DNA of 64,000 nt, taken from NCBI GenBank assembly GCA_964402565.1, contig CAYOCJ010000001.1, positions 32,079-96,078 on the forward strand, written 5' to 3'. The notes under the pieces are model-generated. The model ran no database searches. It had not been told where the DNA came from and was given only the letters and a program-made list of their open reading frames with translations. The stretch is from an uncultured Gammaproteobacteria bacterium (GTDB lineage Bacteria > Patescibacteriota > Patescibacteriia > UBA1558 > 2-01-FULL-52-15). The stretch's first letter is position 1. The number at the start of each line of letters is the position of its first letter. The position numbers and the translations under genes were made by a program. Below are positions 16,252-24,340 of this stretch, piece by piece.

Positions 16252-16697
16252 AGTATTTCTGCATCACGAAGGCGAAGGATCTCGCACTTCCTGACCGTGC
16301 GTGCATCGCGAAGCTTCTCACCGAGTTTGCGGGCCGTCCGATCGTGTTGACAGTCAGCGAGGTGAATAGCTTCTTCCGCAGCGGGCTGTTGTTCATGGCA
16401 GAGGACACCGATCTGCCGCGCGGTGAATCCATCATCGGCGTCGGTTCGCTGGTCATCAAGAACTTGCTCACGGGCAGGTCCGCGCGGATCGAAGATGTCT
16501 TTCTCCTCGAGCAGTACCGCGGGCGCGGCATCGGACGCGAGTTAGTCCAGCACATGATCGACGAAGCGCGGAGCCTCGGCGTTCGGCACATCGACCTCAC
16601 CAGCAGGCCGGAACGGGCTGCCGCGAACAAGCTGTATGTGCAGCTCGGCTTCGAGAAAGGCGTCACCAACGTCTATCGCCTGGACCTCAGGCGTTGA
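16248..16697 (+). CDS. GNAT-family N-acetyltransferase
   Basis: LEQYRGRGIGRELVQHMIDEARSLG...AANKLYVQLGFE matches acetyl-CoA binding motif A (Q/R-x-x-G-x-G/A) and motif B. Confidence 0.6.
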   Translation: MKYFCITKAKDLALPDRACIAKLLTEFAGRPIVLTVSEVNSFFRSGLLFMAEDTDLPRGESIIGVGSLVIKNLLTGRSARIEDVFLLEQYRGRGIGRELVQHMIDEARSLGVRHIDLTSRPERAAANKLYVQLGFEKGVTNVYRLDLRR

Positions 16698-16706
16698 AGG
16701 AGAGTT

Positions 16707-17003
16707 ATGACAGAAAAACGTGACAAGCGCTCTCTGTGGTGGCTGCTGAGGGTGTATTGGCTGGACGGAACTTTCGCTGACGCGCTTTCAACAGCGATGC
16801 TCGCATTCATCCTCATCACGATCTACAACGTGTGCTGGGCGATGTACTTCAATGCATTGTTCAGGGTTCTGGTGTTTCGTGAGTTGAAAGTTGCCGCTAC
16901 CATCCTCGCGCTGCTCGCTGTCTTCGGCATTCCGGCGCTTTTGAGGGCGCGGCGACAGTGGCGCCAGGACTACGATGTCTATCTGCGGCCGAAGCAGATC
17001 TAG
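16707..17003 (+). CDS. hypothetical small membrane protein (2 TM)
   Basis: Last gene of the island before the terminator. Confidence 0.35.
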   Translation: MTEKRDKRSLWWLLRVYWLDGTFADALSTAMLAFILITIYNVCWAMYFNALFRVLVFRELKVAATILALLAVFGIPALLRARRQWRQDYDVYLRPKQI

Positions 17004-17193
17004 ATGACCGACATGAGGAGCTACGCGGAAGGCTTTCCGTAGCCGACCGAAAGACCTTCAGAGGAAGCGAACACGTGTGACGCTTCTAACCGAAGGGTGT
17101 TCCTTTGATCACACGTATAAAAAGGAGATATGCCTTGAGGCAGAACGTATCGCTGATGCGGTGCTGTCGATCGGGCTTCTCGTAAACTGAAAC

Positions 17194-17246
17194 GACCTCG
17201 ATTCAAACTCTATCGAAACCGATAGGGGGCGAATCGAGGTCTTTTG
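17194..17246. terminator. bidirectional intrinsic terminator (gacctcgattc...gaatcgaggtc, then TTTTGCTTT)
   Basis: 11-bp stem. Sits between the convergent island operon (+) and the 17249..18106 gene (-). Confidence 0.6.
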
Positions 17247-17248
17247 CT

Positions 17249-18106
17249 TTATGCTGGTTGATCTTCCATTATCTTCCGTATGGCAGGCTCTTCCATGACC
17301 GCATGGCTTGCGCCATAGACAATGAAAATTCTTGATTTCGTTTTCAGATGCTCCTGGATCTTTTTTACAATATGCTCATCTCTAAATTTGCTCGATTCTG
17401 CACCGATGAGATTGATGCGAGTATAGGGGTATGATGCATCTTTCCACGGAATAGGATCATGTCGTTCTGCTGCATGTGTTGGGTCATCGACACTATAGTT
17501 ATTTGGCCAATACTTTTTTCCAATCTCTTCTAAGTGCCGCAATGAATAATCGAACCTTTCCCATTGTGTTCGTTCGACGAAATCCGACATTTGAACAGCG
17601 ACCTCAGTAGACAAGTCAGGTCTTTCGCTCATATGATGCTGTTGATCTACCTGCCGATAATAGTAGTGTGCGAAGATCTCATCCTTGCTGAATCCTTTAT
17701 CGATAAGATTTTGTAACTCATCTTTGAGTGGGGGTTCGGGAGAATCGACTTCCACTCCATGAGTTGCGGCGAGATGCGTAAGGAATCCTGATTCTCCTGC
17801 TTTCAAAATTGTGTCAGCACTTGAAAGTTTTTTTACGCGTTCGATGAATGCTGGTTCTCGTAAGCGTTCTGGATTAATGCCTTCCACCAGGACAAGATCA
17901 GGCGTCATCTGATCAAATTGAGCTTGGATGTCTGCAAATAATGGATCACCAGGATCATACGTATGTGATACGCCAAAATACGTTAGTTGTTTATCACCAT
18001 TTTCGATCGAATAATTATACGGCACATCGTGCTCGACCTGAGCATAGGCCTCAGCACTCATGATCAGATCCTTCGGATCTTGTGGTGGCAATTCTGGTGA
18101 TGACAT
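17249..18106 (-). CDS. hypothetical protein, possibly TraB/GumN/Tiki-superfamily
   Basis: N-terminal LTYFGVSHTYDP and C-terminal RIFIVYGASHAV resemble the two GxxH motifs of the TraB/GumN (Tiki) family. Weak call. Confidence 0.3.
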   Translation of the reverse strand: MSSPELPPQDPKDLIMSAEAYAQVEHDVPYNYSIENGDKQLTYFGVSHTYDPGDPLFADIQAQFDQMTPDLVLVEGINPERLREPAFIERVKKLSSADTILKAGESGFLTHLAATHGVEVDSPEPPLKDELQNLIDKGFSKDEIFAHYYYRQVDQQHHMSERPDLSTEVAVQMSDFVERTQWERFDYSLRHLEEIGKKYWPNNYSVDDPTHAAERHDPIPWKDASYPYTRINLIGAESSKFRDEHIVKKIQEHLKTKSRIFIVYGASHAVMEEPAIRKIMEDQPA

Positions 18107-18110
18107 ATGT

Positions 18111-19580
18111 TTATCCTACACTCCCTTCCATCTCCAACTCAATTAAACGATTCATCTCCACGGCGTACTCCATCGGCAATTCTTTCACGAGCGGCTCGAT
18201 AAATCCATTGACGAGCATGACTGATGCCTGCTCTTTCGTGAGACCGCGTGATTGTAAATAGAAGAGTTGTTCTTCTCCGATTTTTGAAACGGTCGCTTCA
18301 TGTTCGATGGTCGCATCATTCGTATTGATGCGCATGGTCGGATAGGTATCTGAACGAGACTGAGGATCGAGCAAGAGCGCATCGCAATTCACATTTATTT
18401 TTGCTCCGAGAGCTTTCGGGCCTACATGGACAAGGCCGCGGTAACTTGTCCTGCCGCCATACGCAGAAACAGATTTTGAAATAACGCGCGAGCTGGTCTG
18501 AGGAGCTACGTGAATGACCTTTGAGCCTGCGTCTTGATGTTGGTCTTTGCCTGCGAAGGCCATAGAGAGAATGTCTGCACGGGCGCCTTTACCAATGAGA
18601 TAGACCGAGGGGTATTTCATGGTAGCCTTCGCTCCGAAATTGAAATCGACCCATTCAACGATCGCGTTCTCATGTGCATGAGCCCGCTTCGTGACGAGGT
18701 TGTATACATTTTTTGACCAATTTTGGACCGTTGTATAGCGGACTCGGGCATTTTTGAGGGCCACGATCTCTACGACCGCGCTATGCAGTGACGAGGAGAC
18801 ATAGACCGGTGCTGAGCAGCCTTCCACATAATGTACGAAACTGCCCTCATCAGCGATGATGAGTGTACGCTCGAATTGCCCCATGTTTCGCGCATTGATC
18901 CTGAAATATGCCTGCAAGGGCAGATCGACATGAACGCCTTTTGGCACATAGACAAAGCTGCCGCCGGACCACATGGCTGAGTTCAATGCGGCGAATTTAT
19001 TGTCATTCGCTGAAACAACCGTGCCAAAATATTTTTTTACCAAAGCCGGATATTTTTTGCAGGCAGTTTCGACGTCTGTGAAGACAACGCCGGTTTTTTT
19101 CAGACGCTCATTGATATGGTGATAGACATTCTCTGAGTCATACTGGGCGCCGACCCCGGCCAGAAACTCTCGTTCGTATTCCGGTATCTTTAAGCGTTCA
19201 AACGTGTTTTTGATCGAGCTTGGCAGCTCTTCCCAGGTAGTTCCTTTTCGTTCCGCCGGCCGCACATAGTAATAGATATCATCGAAATCGATATCAGAAA
19301 GATCTGCGCCCCATGTAGGCACAGGCCGGGACAGAAAAAAGTCCAATGCTTTGTGACGGTTTTCCCGCACCCATGACGGTTCTTTCTTCTGATCTGAAAT
19401 GATGTCGACAACCGCATGCGAAGCGCCTTTCGGGCTTCGGAACAAGGACCGTTCAGGATCAGAGAAGCCATATTGGTAAGGCCGCTCGAACTTTTTCTTT
19501 ACCGCAACATTATTTTGCATCTCGTTTTGGTTTCGATTCGATGATATGTTCGTACCCTTTTTTCTCGATCGTACGCGCAA
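18111..19580 (-). CDS. sufB: Fe-S cluster assembly protein SufB
   Basis: C-terminal EEQLFYLQSRGLTKEQASVMLVNGF and overall length. The true start is probably the internal Met (MQNNVAVKK) near 19520, giving a short overlap with sufC. Confidence 0.85.
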   Translation of the reverse strand: MRVRSRKKGTNISSNRNQNEMQNNVAVKKKFERPYQYGFSDPERSLFRSPKGASHAVVDIISDQKKEPSWVRENRHKALDFFLSRPVPTWGADLSDIDFDDIYYYVRPAERKGTTWEELPSSIKNTFERLKIPEYEREFLAGVGAQYDSENVYHHINERLKKTGVVFTDVETACKKYPALVKKYFGTVVSANDNKFAALNSAMWSGGSFVYVPKGVHVDLPLQAYFRINARNMGQFERTLIIADEGSFVHYVEGCSAPVYVSSSLHSAVVEIVALKNARVRYTTVQNWSKNVYNLVTKRAHAHENAIVEWVDFNFGAKATMKYPSVYLIGKGARADILSMAFAGKDQHQDAGSKVIHVAPQTSSRVISKSVSAYGGRTSYRGLVHVGPKALGAKINVNCDALLLDPQSRSDTYPTMRINTNDATIEHEATVSKIGEEQLFYLQSRGLTKEQASVMLVNGFIEPLVKELPMEYAVEMNRLIELEMEGSVG

Positions 19581-20328
19581 GCTCTGCGCCGCCTGATTTC
19601 ACGATGCGCCCATGAGCGACTATATGTACTCTATTCGGCTTCAGGTATTTGAGAATGCGCTGGTAATGGGTAATGAGCAAAATAGCCATGCCTGCTTTAT
19701 GCGCTGTATTGATCGCCTGCGCTATTTTTTTTAATGCGTCAATATCAAGGCCTGAATCAGGTTCGTCGAGGATAGCAAGTTTCGGTTTCAGCGCGACCAT
19801 TTGCAAAATTTCTGCTTTCTTTTTTTCACCGCCAGAGAAGCCGTCATTGAGTCCGCGATAGAGCATAGCCGGATCCATGCCCAGCGATGACATCGCAGAT
19901 TCAAGGTCTACGCGCAGCTGCGCTTGCTGCTCGCGCTGTTCGAATTCTATTTTTGAAGCAAGCGTTGCATGCAGCACCTTGCTCCCGATCTTTGGATTCA
20001 GCGCTTCTTTTTTTGCGGCTGGAAGTATAGTGCTGAGTGAAATGCCCGGAATAGACAGAGGGTATTGGAAGCCCAGGAAAATTCCCAGCCGTGCACGCTC
20101 ATCGGTCGTACGTTTTTTTATATCCTTTCCCATGAAACGCAATGCATCGGCCGAGACGGTGTATTGCGGATGAGCGAGGAGTGCTTGTGAAACGGTGCTT
20201 TTGCCAGAACCGTTCGGGCCCATTAATACGTGTAGTTCACCTGGCGCAATGGCAAGAGAGAAATGGTCAATGATCTTTTTCTTGCCGATCCTGACTGAGA
20301 GATTTTGTATTGTTAAAAGTTGCACCAT
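19510..20328 (-). CDS. sufC: Fe-S cluster assembly ATPase SufC (ABC-type)
   Basis: Walker A GPNGSGKST, ABC signature FSGGEKKK, Walker B LAILDEPDSGLD. Confidence 0.85.
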   Translation of the reverse strand: MVQLLTIQNLSVRIGKKKIIDHFSLAIAPGELHVLMGPNGSGKSTVSQALLAHPQYTVSADALRFMGKDIKKRTTDERARLGIFLGFQYPLSIPGISLSTILPAAKKEALNPKIGSKVLHATLASKIEFEQREQQAQLRVDLESAMSSLGMDPAMLYRGLNDGFSGGEKKKAEILQMVALKPKLAILDEPDSGLDIDALKKIAQAINTAHKAGMAILLITHYQRILKYLKPNRVHIVAHGRIVKSGGAELARTIEKKGYEHIIESKPKRDAK

Positions 20329-20415
20329 ATTCGTCTCATATTGGGATTTGAGTGTATCCTAGGGTATGGGTTTGTCAATCTGAATATATGAGCCGTCGCG
20401 CATGCATTTTTTCGT

Positions 20416-20445
20416 TTGTGCGCGGTGTTCTTGGCATGTTACAAT
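20416..20445 (+). promoter_or_regulatory. sigma70-like promoter (TTGTGC-N18-TACAAT) ending about 10 nt before the ATG at 20455 (near-leaderless)
   Basis: ttgtgc gcggtgttcttggcatgt tacaat atagctact ATG. Confidence 0.3.
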
Positions 20446-20454
20446 ATAGCTACT

Positions 20455-21204
20455 ATGCCAAAAAAGCCTCAAGAGACCAAGAGTGTAAAGATCGCAAAGA
20501 ATATTTTGCTGGTTCTGCTCTGCGTATTCAGCGCCGCATCCGTCGTGTTCAGTTTATTCGTGCTATTTGGCGACTTGGGCGGCACGAGAGCAGTCTCGCC
20601 GGCTCAGGCGCGAGGATTATTTACTGTTTTTATCTTTGATCATATCAATGAGGTGCATCCGACAAAATTGCCCTCAGGCAGCACCTGGCAAGTGACCAAT
20701 CTTGAATTTCAGAATAAAAATTTAGCAATCGTCGACACCACTGACGGGCATACTAGATCAAAACTTGAATTTATTTTTGTTATTGAATATCCGAATGTCC
20801 GCATCCTGAAGGTCAATGACATCACCGGGCGCGATCTGGAGGATGCAAACCTGACTTTGGTCCGTTTTTTGACGGACATGCAGGGAGCTGATTACCTGAA
20901 CGCAGCAGCATTGTACGGCGGTTCTATCTCACGTCTGGTTCAATATGGTTCAGAGTCATCGTCGCTGCCGAAGCTGCTTGAAGAGTATTGCGCAAAAGCA
21001 ACTGTTGCAGCACACTGTTTGCCGTTCAAGATCACCGAAGCAAGAAAAAATGTAGAAACAGGCACCTATAATTTCACCGTAAAGTATACAGCCCCGGATA
21101 AAACATTATTTACATTGCCTGACGGCACCTCGCTATTCACTGCGAGCGTTGAAGCGAAAGATAGTTCGGTATTTCGAGTAGTCACATTGCCCTTCGATCA
21201 TTAA
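20455..21204 (+). CDS. hypothetical membrane-anchored protein
   Basis: MPKKPQETK..., then TM helix ILLVLLCVFSAASVVFSLFVLF, then a soluble domain. Confidence 0.45.
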   Translation: MPKKPQETKSVKIAKNILLVLLCVFSAASVVFSLFVLFGDLGGTRAVSPAQARGLFTVFIFDHINEVHPTKLPSGSTWQVTNLEFQNKNLAIVDTTDGHTRSKLEFIFVIEYPNVRILKVNDITGRDLEDANLTLVRFLTDMQGADYLNAAALYGGSISRLVQYGSESSSLPKLLEEYCAKATVAAHCLPFKITEARKNVETGTYNFTVKYTAPDKTLFTLPDGTSLFTASVEAKDSSVFRVVTLPFDH

Positions 21205-21205
21205 G

Positions 21206-22237
21206 TTATCTGCCGGTCGATTTGACGATAGCTCCTAAGCCGTATTCCTGCGGCGATAGGGGGCTTTCTTTTGTCATATTTTTTTCAGCTTTCATGTATT
21301 TCAAGCTGACACTGATCATGCTCCCCGTTAATTTCTGCAGCATCGCAGTCGGTTGATCATTGCTGGTGATGCGGTTTCGCGGGTCAACATCTTCGACAGC
21401 GCTGAGGATGTGCTCAAGCGTCGTTCGGCCAAATCCTGCCGTTGCTTCGAACTTTAAATCTCGCGGCAGATCAGGGATGCGCTCACGCAATTTATGTTTC
21501 TCTATTGCTTTTTCGATTTCTTCTGCGGGCCATATATCCTGGACATCGAGCCTTGCCATTTCCTCCTGGAGGGCGATCGAGACTTCGCTCCACAGCTTCT
21601 CCCAGTCCACGTCATTATCAGGATTACCTTTAGCCAGGATCATGAATTCATCGGCTGCACCCGCGCCGAGCCGCGCCACGGTAATGGCAATATGTTTTTC
21701 CCTGAGCTGCGCCAATGTTTCGCTTTGATTGAGCCAATTGGCGATTCGCTGCAAGTAGGCATCACCTGCAGGCCTGCCATAGTAGTCGTTCAATGCTTTC
21801 AGGCCGTTCAAGTCTATGGCGAACATGGCGATGTGATTATAGGTGTGCCGTTTTTCATTGATCAGCTCTTTGCGGATGATTTCTTCGGTGCTCTGTTTTA
21901 GAAAATCTTCATTACGGAGGCCGGTTTTATCGATGAAGGTGAGCTTTGAGGGGTCTTTCTCATTGCCGGCAACTTCATAGGATTGGGCGATTTCATACGA
22001 GGCCTTTCGCTCTGTCGCCGGAGGAAATGCATTCCCGCTATTATATCGATTGCGCGCCTCCATGATCTCTCGCGCGACCATCTCCTGAACGAAGTCAGGC
22101 AGCATCGTGCTTACGGTTTCATCCAGATCAACTGGCGGCCGGACGGCAGGTTCATATCGATCGCGAAATTGAACGATAACTTCATCACGCGTTAGCACTT
22201 GTTCGTTCCGTTCCATTGAGAATGATGCTTCTGGCAT
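21206..22237 (-). CDS. GGDEF-like (diguanylate-cyclase-fold) domain protein with a degenerate active-site motif
   Basis: IAMFAIDLNGLKALNDYYGRPAGDAYL fits the DxDxFKxxND..G..GD..L region. The signature is RLGAGAADEF instead of R.GG(D/E)EF. Confidence 0.45.
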   Translation of the reverse strand: MPEASFSMERNEQVLTRDEVIVQFRDRYEPAVRPPVDLDETVSTMLPDFVQEMVAREIMEARNRYNSGNAFPPATERKASYEIAQSYEVAGNEKDPSKLTFIDKTGLRNEDFLKQSTEEIIRKELINEKRHTYNHIAMFAIDLNGLKALNDYYGRPAGDAYLQRIANWLNQSETLAQLREKHIAITVARLGAGAADEFMILAKGNPDNDVDWEKLWSEVSIALQEEMARLDVQDIWPAEEIEKAIEKHKLRERIPDLPRDLKFEATAGFGRTTLEHILSAVEDVDPRNRITSNDQPTAMLQKLTGSMISVSLKYMKAEKNMTKESPLSPQEYGLGAIVKSTGR

Positions 22238-22279
22238 AGGAGTATTGTAATGTATTCGTGTTCGACGGACAATCCGGCC

Positions 22280-23044
22280 TTAAGGCTGCGAAGCAGCGCG
22301 GGCATGTTTGATACTGCGCGCGGTTATGGAATTTCCTTGTCCTGCTTTCCGACTTTTCTTTTGTACCAGGCGTTGAATAGAACGCGTGCTGATCCGCGAA
22401 GCTGCTGCTCTCTTTGTCTTGGCGCGGTCATGACTCGTAAAAAGGTAGGGAATCTGATCAGTACGCTGTTTCAGATATTCCGTGATATAGAAAAGGGTAT
22501 GGTTATTCAGCTGAAGCGTCCGTTCGCGCCTCCCGGCTACAAAAAGTTTCTTTTTTTTGGCATCAAAGTTTTTGACCAGCAGTTCTGTTATTTCCTGCAG
22601 GCGTATATCGCTTCCCCAGAGCAACTCGAGCATGGCACGATCTCTCGACACAAGGATAGAAGCCGCCTCAGACCTCTTTTGATCAGCGAGCAATGAGGCT
22701 ACTGCTCGCTCGGATGGGACAGCGGGGGCATGGTATCGAACTGGCTGCAGTTCAATGCGCCGGTAATCTATACGGCGTTCAGATTGCGGCAGCCATCGCA
22801 AGAAACTTCGCAATGCGATGAGGTGATAATTGATCGTTGTACTCTGCAATTTCGCTGATGCAAGCTCGCTTTGGAATTGTTGAACCTTCTTTCCTGTTAT
22901 ATCGGCGGTTGAGAGAATATGGTGACCTCGAAAAAATCTATTCAAATAATCTCGGTAATGAGCAATGGTCAAATCGGCGCTGCCCTTAGACCGTTTGAGG
23001 TAGCTTGCGAATTGACTGAGCGTTGCGTCTATGGAGCGTGCCAT
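22280..23044 (-). CDS. tyrosine recombinase XerC/XerD-like, apparently C-terminally truncated (ends just after the H-x-x-R box; catalytic Tyr region absent)
   Basis: N-terminal SAM-like core-binding domain (LSQFASYLKRSKGSADLTIAHYRDYL), catalytic Arg region (AMLELLWGSDIRLQEI), and ...ARSIKHARAASQP then stop. Confidence 0.45.
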   Translation of the reverse strand: MARSIDATLSQFASYLKRSKGSADLTIAHYRDYLNRFFRGHHILSTADITGKKVQQFQSELASAKLQSTTINYHLIALRSFLRWLPQSERRIDYRRIELQPVRYHAPAVPSERAVASLLADQKRSEAASILVSRDRAMLELLWGSDIRLQEITELLVKNFDAKKKKLFVAGRRERTLQLNNHTLFYITEYLKQRTDQIPYLFTSHDRAKTKRAAASRISTRSIQRLVQKKSRKAGQGNSITARSIKHARAASQP

Positions 23045-23145
23045 ACGTTTATTTTATGACACTTAAGAAGAAATGTCACTTAAGATCCAATCGAAAGGCA
23101 CGCAAGAGTAGAATATCGTCAACCTTTTGTTAATAAAAACATGGC

Positions 23146-23174
23146 ATTGACTTTTCAGGTGAACTATCGTAGTA
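23146..23174 (+). promoter_or_regulatory. sigma70-like promoter for rpsO (TTGACT-N17-TAGTAT)
   Basis: ttgact tttcaggtgaactatcg tagtat. About 100-nt leader before rpsO. Confidence 0.45.
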
Positions 23175-23274
23175 TCTTCTCGTTAACTCATTAATACCTT
23201 ACTTGGAAATTGGAGCATCTCGGCCTTTTTCTCGGTGAGGCATGTCAGCCAGCTGGCTGAAGAAAGGAAAGCCT

Positions 23275-23622
23275 ATGCTTTCAAAAGCACAGAAAGAGAA
23301 AGTAATTGAGAAGTTTCGAACCCATAAGAACGATACGGGTTCGGCAGAGGTCCAGATCGCGATCCTCACTGCAGAGATCAAGGATCTCTCGAAGCACTTG
23401 AAGGATCATAAGAAGGATTTTTCCTCACGCAGAGGCCTTATCCGCAAGGTTTCACAGCGGCGTAAATTGTTGCGTTACTTGCGAAAGGATAATGAAAAGA
23501 GCTTCACGAAACTGACGAAAGCCTTGAAGTTGAAGGCGCCGAAGCAAGGCGAGATGCCAGAGGCGATCGGCGAAGATGAATTAGCAGTACCGGAAGAAGA
23601 GAAAGTGACAGAAGAAGTATAA
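23275..23622 (+). CDS. rpsO: 30S ribosomal protein S15 with an acidic C-terminal extension of about 30 aa
   Basis: ...NDTGSAEVQIAILTAEIKDLSKHLKDHKKDFSSRRGLIRKVSQRRKLLRYL is a clear S15 signature. Confidence 0.85.
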   Translation: MLSKAQKEKVIEKFRTHKNDTGSAEVQIAILTAEIKDLSKHLKDHKKDFSSRRGLIRKVSQRRKLLRYLRKDNEKSFTKLTKALKLKAPKQGEMPEAIGEDELAVPEEEKVTEEV

Positions 23623-23676
23623 TTAGAACGAATCCCGCTTCGCGAGAGGCGGGATTAGTCGTTTATATAAGGATCT

Positions 23677-24180
23677 ATGATAGTAAAACACAAAGAACAG
23701 AGGGTCGGAGTCTTCGTGGATGTACAGAATATGTACTATTCTGCGAAGAATTTATATCAAGGCAAGGTGAATTTTGGCGCTCTTTTGACGCATGTGGTCG
23801 CCGGACGCAAATTGATACGCGCGACAGCCTACGTGATCCGCGGACCGCAATCAGAGGACGATCATTTTTTTACGGCACTTGAGAAGCAGGGCTACGAGAT
23901 CAAGGCAAAGGATCTGCAGGTATTTGCCGGCGGCACCAAAAAAGGGGACTGGGATGTAGGCATTGTCATTGATGCGATCAAGATGTCGCGTTCAGTAGAC
24001 GTGGTAGTGCTCATCTCAGGAGACGGTGACTATGTGCCGGCAGTAGAGTATTTGCAAAATCATGGTATTTTGGTGGAAGTCGCGGCATTCGGAGAGACTG
24101 CTTCGGGCACCTTGAAGGAAAAGGCAGATGATTTCATGGATATTTCTAAGCAGCCCAAAAAGTTCTTATTACATAATTAA
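23677..24180 (+). CDS. NYN/LabA-like domain protein (predicted PIN-like RNase fold, COG1432)
   Basis: RVGVFVDVQNMYYS...ATAYVI...VVLISGDGDYVPAVEYL shows the conserved acidic residues of the NYN domain. Confidence 0.6.
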   Translation: MIVKHKEQRVGVFVDVQNMYYSAKNLYQGKVNFGALLTHVVAGRKLIRATAYVIRGPQSEDDHFFTALEKQGYEIKAKDLQVFAGGTKKGDWDVGIVIDAIKMSRSVDVVVLISGDGDYVPAVEYLQNHGILVEVAAFGETASGTLKEKADDFMDISKQPKKFLLHN

Positions 24181-24340
24181 TTAAGTGCGGGCGAAACGTT
24201 TGGCATGGCTCCGGTGGTAGAGTACTTTGAGGAGCTTACAGCCTACTGCAATGACCTTTTTAGGTTTCAGTAAGCCATAAGCTACTCAAAAAACTGTATC
24301 ACCTCAGGCGAACGCATCGCTTTGCGAGAAAGATACAAGA

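Larger units (their letters stand above)
12003..17246. other. High-GC (~60%) island of about 12 small plus-strand genes, inserted between sufD and sufB, antisense to the suf operon
   Basis: Sharp compositional shift relative to the ~45-50% GC flanks. Genes are tightly packed with overlapping stops and starts (ATGA junctions). Interrupts the otherwise canonical sufCB...DSU arrangement. Confidence 0.55.
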
